Made by a program: the position numbers and the translations under genes
Shown here: positions 9,114-18,594 of the stretch, piece by piece
Position numbering within the stretch: the first letter of the stretch is position 1
How the letters are laid out: every line of letters starts with the position of its first letter
Notes under the pieces: generated by a model
Told to the model about the DNA's origin: nothing
The model's database searches: none
The model's input: only the letters and a program-made list of their open reading frames with translations
Source: Synechococcus sp.
GTDB taxonomy: Bacteria; Cyanobacteriota; Cyanobacteriia; Thermostichales; PCC-7336
DNA length: 29,082 bases
NCBI GenBank assembly: GCA_051439605.1
Contig: JBFRWN010000094.1
Coordinates: forward strand, 1-29,082
Reading direction: 5' to 3'

Positions 9114-9809
9114 TTGCCTGTTTCGTATTCCCCTGTTTCTCATCCAATTGTTGTCGGTGTCACGGGGGCATCCGGCCTCATTTACGCCGTTCGAACGGTT
9201 AAAGCACTGCTGCAAAGTGGCTATAAGCTTGAACTGGTTGCGTCCAAGGCTGCTTATCGGGTGTGGCAGGCGGAAAGTGGAATCTCAATGCCCTCTAATC
9301 CTGCGTTGCAAGGGGATTTTTGGCGGCAACAGGCAGGGGGGATCCAAAGTGGGGAACTCAATTGCCATCCTTGGGGGGAAGTGGCTGCATCGATCGCCAG
9401 CGGTTCATTTCGGACACAGGGGATGATCGTCATCCCCTGCAGCATGAGTACCGTTGCAAAGCTAGCGACCGGACTGAGTTCTGACCTTCTCGAGCGAACG
9501 GCTGACGTTCACATCAAAGAGGGTCGCCGATTGGCGATCGTCCCGCGCGAAACTCCATTTAGCCTGATTCACCTGCGCAATCTAACGACGCTGGCAGAGA
9601 CTGGAGTGCGAATTGTCCCCGCTATTCCAGCCTGGTACCACCAGCCCCGCACTATCGAAGATTTAGTAGATTTTGTAGTAATCCGTGCCCTTGATCAGTT
9701 GGATTTAGACATCGATCTGGATCTAATTCGACGATGGAAAGGGCCTGTTTCTCCTGCCCCGGAGGAAACCTCCGAAGGGGAAATGCTAACCCTAAATCGA
9801 TTGTCTTAA
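9114..9809 (+). CDS. ubiX: Flavin prenyltransferase UbiX
   Basis: VGVTGASG, IASGSF, IPCSMST, VPRETPFS and PAIPAWYHQP motifs. Confidence 0.95.
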   Translation: MPVSYSPVSHPIVVGVTGASGLIYAVRTVKALLQSGYKLELVASKAAYRVWQAESGISMPSNPALQGDFWRQQAGGIQSGELNCHPWGEVAASIASGSFRTQGMIVIPCSMSTVAKLATGLSSDLLERTADVHIKEGRRLAIVPRETPFSLIHLRNLTTLAETGVRIVPAIPAWYHQPRTIEDLVDFVVIRALDQLDLDIDLDLIRRWKGPVSPAPEETSEGEMLTLNRLS

Positions 9810-9847
9810 GTTCAAGCCTCTGCAAGCTCAACCCATACTTTTCAAGA

Positions 9848-10228
9848 ATGAAAACCATTAGTGGAATTTTGGCGCTCCTTGGTATTGCCTTCCTAGGATT
9901 AGTTTTCTACCAAAACCTGGAGCCCAGGATTGAGATCCTTTTGATGGGCCAATCAATGGGTCCATTCTCCCTTTCCACTCTCATGCTGGTCTTTTATTTG
10001 GCTGGGATTGGGTTTGGGTTATTACTCTGCCTAGGGTGGGCCTTTGATGATGCGCTGCTGACCCGCCGGATCAAGCGTTTGGCTGGCGGGGGGGGGTCCG
10101 GCGCCTCGCCAGGTCCCTCCAGAAAAGAGGCTGCTCCTTACCGCTCTACTCCAGAGGACAAAGAACCCCCCATCCAACCCGACATTTTGGCTGAGGATGA
10201 AGAACCCGGTGACTGGATGGACAGATAG
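9848..10228 (+). CDS. LapA/DUF1049-like small membrane protein with disordered acidic tail
   Basis: Two TM segments separated by FYQN..I. Start at ATG 9848; the upstream part of the ORF overlaps ubiX. Confidence 0.65.
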   Translation: MKTISGILALLGIAFLGLVFYQNLEPRIEILLMGQSMGPFSLSTLMLVFYLAGIGFGLLLCLGWAFDDALLTRRIKRLAGGGGSGASPGPSRKEAAPYRSTPEDKEPPIQPDILAEDEEPGDWMDR

Positions 10229-10260
10229 ATACGAACTGCTATCAGAGCCAAGTCAGGTAT

Positions 10261-11340
10261 CTATCGGCCTTTGCCCAAAGGAAAGTTAGCAGTGAAGCCG
10301 AGGCCAAAGGAAACCTCGTCATAGTCGCGCTCGTCCTCTGAAGACAGGTTATTGCCATAGGCGGTAAACCCTCGCACGCTCAAAATGTCACTAATGGTAT
10401 AGCGAATTTCTCCGCCGATGCGGTTAAACAAGTCCGTCCGGGAGTTATTGACAAAACTGTCTACCAGCAACCGGTAAAAAATTCGCCCCTGCAAACGACG
10501 GTTGAGGGGGAATTGGGCCGAGACGTTGAGACTGTTGCCCAGCCGATCGAGATCGCTATCGTTGGTTAAGCTGCCCCGCAGTTGGTAATAGGTTCGCACC
10601 AGCAGATTGCTATTGAGCAGAACGTTGTTCCGCCCGACTTGATATTGCAGTGACAAAGATTGATAGTCATCGCCATCGAGGGCAAAAAATTGCTGTCCCT
10701 GCAATTCGGAGCGCATGAACCAGAGAGGGGCAAAGTCCCAGTTCGCCCCAATTGACCCCGATATAAAGGCAAACTCTAAGTCGTCTTCGCTACCGTATAG
10801 GCTGGTGCCGCCACTCAATGATGCGAGTAACTGGGCATTGTCTGAAATGTCAGGTAAAGCGAGAAATGTTAGGGCTGGAGAAAAAATGACATCGTTCTCT
10901 AAAGAACGATCGCTAGGCAAATTCCCCGCATTAGTGGTGCCTCGGACTCCCAAGTCCACAAACAAGCGATAAGGACTGACCGCCTCTGCCTGGCGATCGA
11001 GGGATTCCAGTGGAATGGGTCCGAGATCGGGTTCAGCTTCGAGGGCATCTAGTAATTGTTGTAGGCCGCTATCCGACAATAGCTCTTCGGCACCACCAGT
11101 TTCGGCGGGGTCCTCTAACGATTCCTCGGATTCTTGCGTGAGATCCTCGTCTTCCTCTTCGACCAGTGTTGGACCAAGGTCCTCCAATTCTTGGGCGCTT
11201 GCAATGTTTCCAGATTGCTGACACGCTCCGAACCAAAAAAGTGTTCCTGCCAAAAAGAGTTTTGCCAACTGGCGAGTGCCCTGTTTAAAAGAGATGTGTG
11301 CAATTTCTCTCGTTAGTACGAACAGCATCAATATCCTCAA
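10261..11340 (-). CDS. Putative outer-membrane beta-barrel protein with acidic N-terminal linker
   Basis: Signal-like N-terminus, E/D-rich segment, then about 235 aa of amphipathic beta-strands with aromatic residues, ending VSFGLGFTANF. Confidence 0.72.
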   Translation of the reverse strand: MRILMLFVLTREIAHISFKQGTRQLAKLFLAGTLFWFGACQQSGNIASAQELEDLGPTLVEEEDEDLTQESEESLEDPAETGGAEELLSDSGLQQLLDALEAEPDLGPIPLESLDRQAEAVSPYRLFVDLGVRGTTNAGNLPSDRSLENDVIFSPALTFLALPDISDNAQLLASLSGGTSLYGSEDDLEFAFISGSIGANWDFAPLWFMRSELQGQQFFALDGDDYQSLSLQYQVGRNNVLLNSNLLVRTYYQLRGSLTNDSDLDRLGNSLNVSAQFPLNRRLQGRIFYRLLVDSFVNNSRTDLFNRIGGEIRYTISDILSVRGFTAYGNNLSSEDERDYDEVSFGLGFTANFPLGKGR

Positions 11341-11521
11341 GAGAATAGAACTAAATTTTTACGCTGGGGTTTGAAGGTAGAAATGGTTCGAAGTACCCTC
11401 ATAACCTGCGTGATTTTCAAAGAGATTCAGTCAGCGAAAGAATTCAGTAGGAGAAAAAATTGAGAAATTCTTAGGAATCGGGAATAACGACTCAGGTTCA
11501 AAGTATTAAAAACTCAATCTC

Positions 11522-12496
11522 TTACCCAGGTCCAGTTGTTGGCTCGAGTTCAGTTGTTGGCTCGAGTTCAGGTATTGGATCGGGTTCAGTTGTTGGCTCG
11601 AGGTTCTCCATTCCGGAACTGTTGTTGTTCATATCCATCTGTCTATCCCTATCAGGAGAAACTTGGTTATCGGATTTCATCATCTCCTCCTGGCGGTCTA
11701 AACCAGTATCCCGCTCGGGTTCAAATTGAGAGTCATTAAAGTCTCGTAGGTTGTCTGAGGTGTCGTCGATCAAGGATCTCCAGAATTCTTGCTGAATATC
11801 TTCTGAAGCGCTCGCTAGCGTCACCCGTTCGCACTCTCCTGATGGGGCCCCCCCACATAAATCGGCTAATAGGGGAAATGAATTGAGTGCTTTAACAGGG
11901 TTGAAGCTGGCAATCTGAACCAGTTTTCCATCCACCAACAACGCCACTTGGCCGGGGAACAATGTCGCAATCAACTGACCTTCTAAATCCCTAAGTTCCA
12001 TGGGAATCGCGTTGAAATTGAGGAATGTCTCAACTCTTTGTCCCTGCTCGTCCTCTCGGCTGCTGACTGCCAAAAAACTCCCCTGAACGGCTGCAACTGC
12101 TCCGGGGGTGCTGAGGGTAGCCCCACCGGCATCTGGGGGGGTGACGATCGCCGCTACGCCGTCATCGAGAATAAACGTGCGATCGGGCAGAAATCGAAAC
12201 AGCGAGTTTTGCCCTACCCGCACTAACGAGTCGTCATTAAAGACCAGTTGTGCTTGGGATTCAACTCCAGTCGCCAGGCTGTCGTTTGCCTCCGAGAGGC
12301 GATCGCCCTCCACCGCATCTTTGGCAGCTTGGCCTGAAATCTGCACGACCACATTGTTCCTAAGGCGATTGACAGTTGCGTCAGTCAGCGGTTCCTGTGC
12401 CTGTACCGTAACTCCTGATAACAAGGAGGCAACCGCTACCAAGCCCACCCCACTCACACGTAAAAAGAAGCAACTCATAGGGCTTGCATGGGTCAT
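11522..12496 (-). CDS. Secreted FecR-domain protein with low-complexity C-terminal tail
   Basis: Signal peptide (VQA|QE); LATGVESQAQLVFNDDSLVRVGQNSLF and TPGAVAAVQGS FecR-like motifs. Confidence 0.82.
   Translation of the reverse strand: MTHASPMSCFFLRVSGVGLVAVASLLSGVTVQAQEPLTDATVNRLRNNVVVQISGQAAKDAVEGDRLSEANDSLATGVESQAQLVFNDDSLVRVGQNSLFRFLPDRTFILDDGVAAIVTPPDAGGATLSTPGAVAAVQGSFLAVSSREDEQGQRVETFLNFNAIPMELRDLEGQLIATLFPGQVALLVDGKLVQIASFNPVKALNSFPLLADLCGGAPSGECERVTLASASEDIQQEFWRSLIDDTSDNLRDFNDSQFEPERDTGLDRQEEMMKSDNQVSPDRDRQMDMNNNSSGMENLEPTTEPDPIPELEPTTELEPTTGPG
11533..11604. repeat. 18-bp tandem repeat x4 (one degenerate) encoding (E)LEPTT units
   Basis: CAGTTGTTGGCTCGAGTT at 11533 and 11551, degenerate CAGGTATTGGATCGGGTT at 11569, CAGTTGTTGGCTCGAGGT at 11587. 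Confidence 0.9.
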
Positions 12497-13171
12497 AACG
12501 GATCTACATTAAGGTTTTGCGATTCAACTTTCGTGCAGTATCTGCAGGGAGGTTGTTCCACAACATTTGCCTGCAAGAAGGCAGCTCAAGACACAGCTAA
12601 TATACATAATCAAATACAGATACAGTCAAATAACCTCTCTTACAAAATTCATGATTTCAGTAGTCCTAGGCATGTAAGCAGCCCTCATGCCCCTGCTTTT
12701 CCACTCTCTAATGAATACGGAGAGCGACAGCAGGATTGCAGTGCTAACTACACTCGGAACTGCAGCACAAACATCCTGTCATGCGCTAGATCTATAATGA
12801 GTCTCAAGACCCTCACGCCAGTACCCAGATGTCTTTACTGTCTCTCCCCTGAGAAGAATTCACAACCAGTGACCCCTTTTTAGGGGACGTTCGATAAAAT
12901 GGCGTCGTAAATTAAGTTGGTTCTGTACAGTGGCATTAGAATAACTGTCAGAATGTACTGTAGAAGACGGTCTGGAGCCTGCAGTAATTATTTCTATAAA
13001 ATCAAACACAATCACCCTGATATTCCCTCAATGATTGTGGCGCAGGGAATCTTCACTGTTCTTTGCAAGGATAGCGCTTGAGTTAAACCGTACATCCATG
13101 TATCGGCTTGAACGATCTGTTATGTGAACATCTAGTGCTATTCAAGTTCTGTCAAGTCAAAAGCTAGCCAC

Positions 13172-13942
13172 TTAAGCCACTAGGAATTGCCACCCAATAA
13201 CAATGATGACAGCGATCGCCGCCGCCAATGCGGTCTGAATCCCGTTCACCACCTCATTCGTCAGCCAATCAAAATCCTCTTGAATCGTTGCTCCCATCCA
13301 GCTTTCTGCTGTCGTGGCCAGCACCGCTGCCACCCAGCAGGGCAAAACCCACATCCATTCCACCGTTGCCCCAGCCAACAGAGTGGCTAGCGCAAAACCC
13401 AGCCCAGTGAGGATAACTGCAGCTATCCATCCCGCTACAGTACCTTCCAAGCTGATAGCCCCTTCGCTGCCAGCAGGCACTGGCTGAAAGGTCACAATCG
13501 AAAATGTGCGTTTGCCATAGGCTTTACCAATTTCGCTGCTGACGGTATCCGCTAGCTTGGCTGCAAAACTGGCCACGAACCCCAACACCCACATCGGGTG
13601 AGGCCAAATGGCATACCCCAGGGCACATACTGCCCCCGTCAACGCCGATCCCCACACATTTTCTGGCCCGCGAGCCCCCCCTCGTTTCTCTGCGATTCCT
13701 TTGGCTTCTTTTTCCTTCATGCCGACTTTGGTGACTGCCGTACCCAGTAAGAAGTAAACCGCCACGATGGCAAACCCCTGCCATCCCAACCCACCCCAGA
13801 CAATCAGGGCAAGGAATGCAGCGTGAATCACACCAGCTTTGGTCAAGGCTTTTTGAGGGACCAACACTCCTAATGCTGCGACTCCAATTCCGACCCCGAG
13901 GGCTACTATCCACTGCTGCACGAGTCTTCTCCGCCACTGCAT
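13172..13942 (-). CDS. DUF92/TIGR00297 membrane protein (VTE6 phytyl-phosphate kinase-like)
   Basis: KEAKGIAEKRGGARGPENVWGS, KLADTVSSEIGKAYG, GSEGAISLEGT and NEVVN motifs. Confidence 0.9.
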   Translation of the reverse strand: MQWRRRLVQQWIVALGVGIGVAALGVLVPQKALTKAGVIHAAFLALIVWGGLGWQGFAIVAVYFLLGTAVTKVGMKEKEAKGIAEKRGGARGPENVWGSALTGAVCALGYAIWPHPMWVLGFVASFAAKLADTVSSEIGKAYGKRTFSIVTFQPVPAGSEGAISLEGTVAGWIAAVILTGLGFALATLLAGATVEWMWVLPCWVAAVLATTAESWMGATIQEDFDWLTNEVVNGIQTALAAAIAVIIVIGWQFLVA

Positions 13943-14120
13943 CTAGCCTAATGGCGATCGCCAGCCAGTCCCGAAAAACAGTCTGTTGGTCTCCCCCGAT
14001 TCATTGGGGATGAAGCACAGTTATTTCCTTACTCTTACGACCAGCAATGTTAACGTCGCAGCAGGTGCTATCGCGATTCTTGCAACCACCCTGTCTACCG
14101 TCGATCTGAGGATTCCAACA

Positions 14121-15563
14121 GTGCCGATCGCCTCTCCATCTATTATTCGCTCTTGGTTTCCTGCTTTCGAGCGCCCCGCTCAAGAATTTGGTCCCGCCCC
14201 ACTGCAGGTGTTAACCGGAAAAATTCCAACAGAACTGCAGGGACGATATTTTAGCAACGGGACGGGGCGCTTAGAACGTGGGGGCCAGCGGGTGGGCCAT
14301 TGGTTTGATGGGGACGGGGCGATTTTAGGGGTGAAATTTAGCGGCGGTCAAGCAACGGGGACCTACCGGTACGTCCAAACAAAAGGATATCTCGCAGAAG
14401 AACAATCTGGGCGGTATCAGCATGCGGGTTACGGCATGGGGAACGATGGCCCGATTTGGAAGCGGTTTAAGCCCCTTAAAAATGCTGCTAACACTTCGGT
14501 TCTGGCCGTCAGCGATCGCCTGCTGGCCCTCTGGGAAGGTGCCATGCCTCATGCCCTCGACCTCGACAGTTTAGAAACCCGCGGCCTAGATTCTCTGGGC
14601 GGTTTACCCACTAGTAACCCCTTCTCAGCCCACCCCAAGCGGGACCCCAAAACCGGAGACATCTACAACTTTGGCTCCAGCATCGGGGTTAAAGACCAAC
14701 TGTTGATTTACCGTTGCGATCGCACGGGCACCGTCCGGCAGCAAGGCACTGTCTCCCTTGCTCGCAAAGCCTACGTACATGATTTTGTATTGGCTGGCCC
14801 TTACCTGCTATTCGTCCTCTCCCCCGTTACCCTGAATATCTGGCCCGTTCTGCTGAAGCAGAGAAATTTCTGCGATTGCCTCGAATGGCAACCCCAAGAC
14901 GGTACCGAATGGATTGCGCTCGATCGGACTACTTTTCAGGAGGTCAGCCGGGGAGAAGCCGATCCCTGGTTCCAATGGCATTTCGGCAATGGCTTCGTCA
15001 ACGATCGGGGTCATCTCGTCTTTGATACCGTCCGCTACAAGGATTTTCAAACCAACGAATTTCTTAAACAGGTTCCCAGTGGAAATACCCCTACCTACTC
15101 CCTCAGCACTTTGTGGAGGGTTACGTTGAATCCGAAAACGGGGCAGTTCCTCGATACTCATCAACTGTGCGATCGCCATTGCGAATTCCCCACTCTCGCC
15201 CCCCAAGATGTCGGCCACCCTCATCGCTACACCTATCTGGCTATGCACCCCGATAACCAGTCCGCCCCCGGGGAGCTATTTCGCACTCTAGGCCGGTTCG
15301 ACCATCACACCGAAACTCTCACAGAAACAATGCTTGACAAGGGCATGTACGTCAGCGAACCCATTTATGCCCCTCACCCAAGCGGTGGCAATCGCGGCTG
15401 GATTCTCAGCACGATTTATAACAGCGTCAAGCATCGCAGCGAACTGTGGATTTTTGATGGCGATCGCCTTAACGAAGCTCCGGTTGCCCAACTTGCCCTC
15501 CCCAGCGTCATTCCCATTGCCTTCCACGGCACTTGGCAACCGCTCTCTCCCTACTCAAGCTAA
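14121..15563 (+). CDS. Carotenoid oxygenase (RPE65/CCD family)
   Basis: HWFDGDG, FSAHPK, YVHDF, QWHFGN, EFP, SEPIY and FHGTW motifs (four Fe-binding His). Probable GTG start at 14121 after GAGGA; the ORF extends to 13986. Confidence 0.92.
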   Translation: MPIASPSIIRSWFPAFERPAQEFGPAPLQVLTGKIPTELQGRYFSNGTGRLERGGQRVGHWFDGDGAILGVKFSGGQATGTYRYVQTKGYLAEEQSGRYQHAGYGMGNDGPIWKRFKPLKNAANTSVLAVSDRLLALWEGAMPHALDLDSLETRGLDSLGGLPTSNPFSAHPKRDPKTGDIYNFGSSIGVKDQLLIYRCDRTGTVRQQGTVSLARKAYVHDFVLAGPYLLFVLSPVTLNIWPVLLKQRNFCDCLEWQPQDGTEWIALDRTTFQEVSRGEADPWFQWHFGNGFVNDRGHLVFDTVRYKDFQTNEFLKQVPSGNTPTYSLSTLWRVTLNPKTGQFLDTHQLCDRHCEFPTLAPQDVGHPHRYTYLAMHPDNQSAPGELFRTLGRFDHHTETLTETMLDKGMYVSEPIYAPHPSGGNRGWILSTIYNSVKHRSELWIFDGDRLNEAPVAQLALPSVIPIAFHGTWQPLSPYSS

Positions 15564-15666
15564 AGAAACTCCCTCAGAAGTGCTGAAGTTTACGGCTGGG
15601 CGCAGCCACTCCCCCAAACGCCTGAGATAAGCTGGCAGCAATGCATTCAAGCTTGTTTCACCCCCT

Positions 15667-17469
15667 ATGCGACGCACTGCAGCTTTATCCCTTGCCCTCA
15701 GCCTCAGTTGGATGGGATTGGCGATCGTCCCCACCCCGTCAGACACAAAAACACGAGAGTTGAACGAACGAGGGCCAATTACCCGCCATCTGCTAAAGCA
15801 TTACACAGCCTCGGCCCAAACTGAGGACCGCGTCACCTGGACTGAACCCTATGCCGATGCCGTAGAAGCTCAAACCAATTGGGTACTTCAGGATCGCCCC
15901 CTCGATCGCGTCCTGACTCGACTTGAGATGGCCCAGTGGCTGACCGAATTTTTTGGGTATCGTTCTCAGCCTAGTCAGGCTATGACTATCAGCGATATGG
16001 ACCCTAGTTCCCCCGATTACGCCACTGCACAAGCGGTACTGCAGGAGGGGGTCATGCAGGCATTTGAAGGTAACCAGTTTCGCCCCGAGGGGGATTTAAC
16101 CAAGCTGGAGGCGATCGCCATTTTGGTGAGGGCTTTGCAACTGTCTGCTCTCAGTGATGCCGAGGTGGATCGCTGGTTGTCTTTATATAAAGACAGCGAT
16201 GCTCTCCCAGAGGTGGGAGGCCAATTTGTTGCCCTAGCCGGTCAAGCGGGTCTGATCGTTAACTATCCCGAGCCCACCCAGCTGAACCCAAATTTGATTT
16301 TGAATCGCGGAGAAGGGATTGTCCTGTTGCACCAGTCGCTGCTGTCGAAAAAACTGGTGCGTCCCCTCAATCCCCCCATCGCCCAAGTGGCCCCCGAAGT
16401 CCTACCCAAACCAGAAATTACCGCCATCCGCGTCCTACCAGAATCAGGACGGGTCGCCCCTGGCGAACCCCTGACCGTAGAGGTAGAAGGAACCCCCAAC
16501 GCAAATGGGGCGGTGTTGATTGCCGGATCGATTCAACAGCCGTTGCTAGAGGTGGATCCCGGACTGTACCGAGCCGTGTACACCCCTACCACCAGAGATG
16601 CCATCTCGAACCCCTCTGTGGCAGTTCTCCTCGATTTGAATGGAGAAAGAACCCGCAGCCAGAGGCAACTGCCCGAACTGGCGCTAGGGAACGCTCCGGC
16701 CCCTACTGCTCCTCCTCCCATTGCCAGCAGACCCAGCCTGCCCGCCCAACCTTCTACCCTCAATCCCCCGCCTCCCCCTGCCGCCAGTGCCCCTCCCTCT
16801 TTCACGGGAATCTACATCGGTCCCCAACGGGACTTAAGAGTGGGGGACATCTTCACGGTGGGCCTACAAGGGGATCCTGGAGGGGTCGCCTGGTTCACCC
16901 TCGGTTCGATCGCCCAAGAGCAGCCCATGCCAGAAATTCGTCCAGGGGTATACGAAGGCACCTACGCCATATCCACTGCCGATTACGCTCAACAGCCCAA
17001 TCTCAAGGTGATCTTTTCCAAAAACAGTCAGGGGGCATTCCACGAAGAGGTCTTCCCCTTCTCCATTAACCGGGCTGCTGCTGCTGCCCCTGTCCCTCCC
17101 ACTGCCCCTAGTACTTCTTCCGATCCAGCCCCCGCTGATGCCCCCGTCTCTCCTCCCATGGGGGCCCAACCGCTGATCTTCTCCTCCTCGTCCAATGCCA
17201 GCAATCGGGAGTTGCGCCCCAACGATGTGTTAGAGGTGCGCATGAGGGGAGAATATAAGGCCAGAGCAGCCTTTCGAATACCCAATATCACCACCGAAAT
17301 TCCGATGACAGAGGTAGCTCCTGGGATGTACGAAGGTCGGGTGACCATCGAAAACAACACCCCAGTGGTGCGCAATGGCTATCTCCAGGTATTGCTGGAA
17401 AAAAATGGACTTGTCACCACCCGCTTGATCCCCGAGCCCATTAACATTAACCCCACTCCTGCTAGCTAG
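15667..17469 (+). CDS. S-layer homology (SLH) domain protein with three repeated beta-rich domains and Pro-rich linkers
   Basis: Signal peptide; SLH motifs LTRLEMA, FRPEGDLTKLEA and LNPNLILNRGEG; three C-terminal E..PG.Y repeats. Confidence 0.85.
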   Translation: MRRTAALSLALSLSWMGLAIVPTPSDTKTRELNERGPITRHLLKHYTASAQTEDRVTWTEPYADAVEAQTNWVLQDRPLDRVLTRLEMAQWLTEFFGYRSQPSQAMTISDMDPSSPDYATAQAVLQEGVMQAFEGNQFRPEGDLTKLEAIAILVRALQLSALSDAEVDRWLSLYKDSDALPEVGGQFVALAGQAGLIVNYPEPTQLNPNLILNRGEGIVLLHQSLLSKKLVRPLNPPIAQVAPEVLPKPEITAIRVLPESGRVAPGEPLTVEVEGTPNANGAVLIAGSIQQPLLEVDPGLYRAVYTPTTRDAISNPSVAVLLDLNGERTRSQRQLPELALGNAPAPTAPPPIASRPSLPAQPSTLNPPPPPAASAPPSFTGIYIGPQRDLRVGDIFTVGLQGDPGGVAWFTLGSIAQEQPMPEIRPGVYEGTYAISTADYAQQPNLKVIFSKNSQGAFHEEVFPFSINRAAAAAPVPPTAPSTSSDPAPADAPVSPPMGAQPLIFSSSSNASNRELRPNDVLEVRMRGEYKARAAFRIPNITTEIPMTEVAPGMYEGRVTIENNTPVVRNGYLQVLLEKNGLVTTRLIPEPININPTPAS

Positions 17470-17650
17470 AGTCCTGAGTTCTCTGCGATCGCACTCTAGC
17501 TGACAGAATCCCAGTAAAGAAGATAACCAGGGTGTTCAACAGGCGATCGTGGTGTTGCCGTATTAGTCAAGCGTGACCGCTGTAGCTTTAGACTTGCTTT
17601 ACTTTCCAGCCAAGTCCTAGACTCAGAAGGCGGATTTATGGACCGATCTA

Positions 17651-18589
17651 GTGTCTTACACTGACAGCCTGTCAAAGGCTCTCACCGTTGAAAGCCCCCT
17701 CGATCTAGTGGGTAATACGCCCCTCATTCGGTTGAGGCGGGTGACGGCCGATCTTCCCCCCTCCATCAAGGTTTACGGCAAGGCAGAGTGGTATAACCCC
17801 GGCGGTTCCGTGAAGGATCGCCCCGCTCTGAATATGATCGAGGCCGGGGAAAAGTCTGGGGCACTCACCCCCGACAAAGTTATTCTGGATGCCACCTCCG
17901 GCAACACCGGTATCGCTTACGCCTGGATTGGAGCCGCCAAAGGATACAAGGTCAAACTGGCACTACCCTCTAATGCCAGTGAAGAACGCAAGAAAATCCT
18001 GTCCGCCTTTGGGGTCGATCTGGTGCTCACCGATCCGGGGGCCGGTTCGGATGGAGCCATTCTTAAAGCTAAGGAAATTTATCAAGCTAACCCCGAGCAC
18101 TACTTTTACCCAGACCAGTACAGCAACCCCGCCAACTGGAAGGCCCATTACAATTCGACTGCTGTCGAAATTTACGAGCAAACCGGCGGTCAGGTGAGTC
18201 ATTTTGTCACCGGTCTGGGCACCAGCGGCACCTGCATGGGGGTGGGGCGGCGACTGCGCCAGTTCAATCCCGCCGTACAGATTGTGGCTATGCAGCCAGA
18301 CTCTCCGTTTCACGGTCTAGAGGGGCTCAAGCATATGGAAACCGCGATTACCCCTCCCATCTACGATCCGCTAGTCCCCGATCGCCAAATCGAAATCAGC
18401 ACCGAAGCTGCCCAACAGATGGTCAAACGTATCGCCCGCGAAGAGGGCATGCTGGTGGGGATCTCTGCCGGAGCAAATGTGTTGGCAGCCCTCAAGATCG
18501 CCCTAGAGATCGAAGCAGGAGTTATCGTCACGGTGTTATGCGATAGTGCCGATAAATACCTCTCCGATCGCTTCTGGACCGAAGGATAA
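17651..18589 (+). CDS. cysM: PLP-dependent cysteine synthase (CysM-like)
   Basis: VGNTPL, KAEWYNPGGSVKDR (PLP Lys), ATSGNTG, GLGTSGT, EGLKHM and GISAGAN motifs. Confidence 0.88.
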   Translation: MSYTDSLSKALTVESPLDLVGNTPLIRLRRVTADLPPSIKVYGKAEWYNPGGSVKDRPALNMIEAGEKSGALTPDKVILDATSGNTGIAYAWIGAAKGYKVKLALPSNASEERKKILSAFGVDLVLTDPGAGSDGAILKAKEIYQANPEHYFYPDQYSNPANWKAHYNSTAVEIYEQTGGQVSHFVTGLGTSGTCMGVGRRLRQFNPAVQIVAMQPDSPFHGLEGLKHMETAITPPIYDPLVPDRQIEISTEAAQQMVKRIAREEGMLVGISAGANVLAALKIALEIEAGVIVTVLCDSADKYLSDRFWTEG

Positions 18590-18594
18590 CTGAC

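Noticed and set aside
9734..9847. Extended N-terminus of the LapA-like ORF
   Set aside because: It overlaps ubiX. ATG 9848 directly precedes the first TM helix.
11533..11604. Repeat array considered as a CRISPR
   Set aside because: Contiguous 18-bp in-frame units without spacers, and no cas genes
12488..12883. 131-aa plus-strand ORF in the long intergenic region
   Set aside because: No recognisable motif, Ser/Cys-rich random-like composition, and it overlaps the FecR gene start
13986..14120. Hydrophobic N-terminal extension of the carotenoid oxygenase ORF
   Set aside because: Likely a non-coding extension from a TTG start. The family similarity and an RBS point to GTG 14121.
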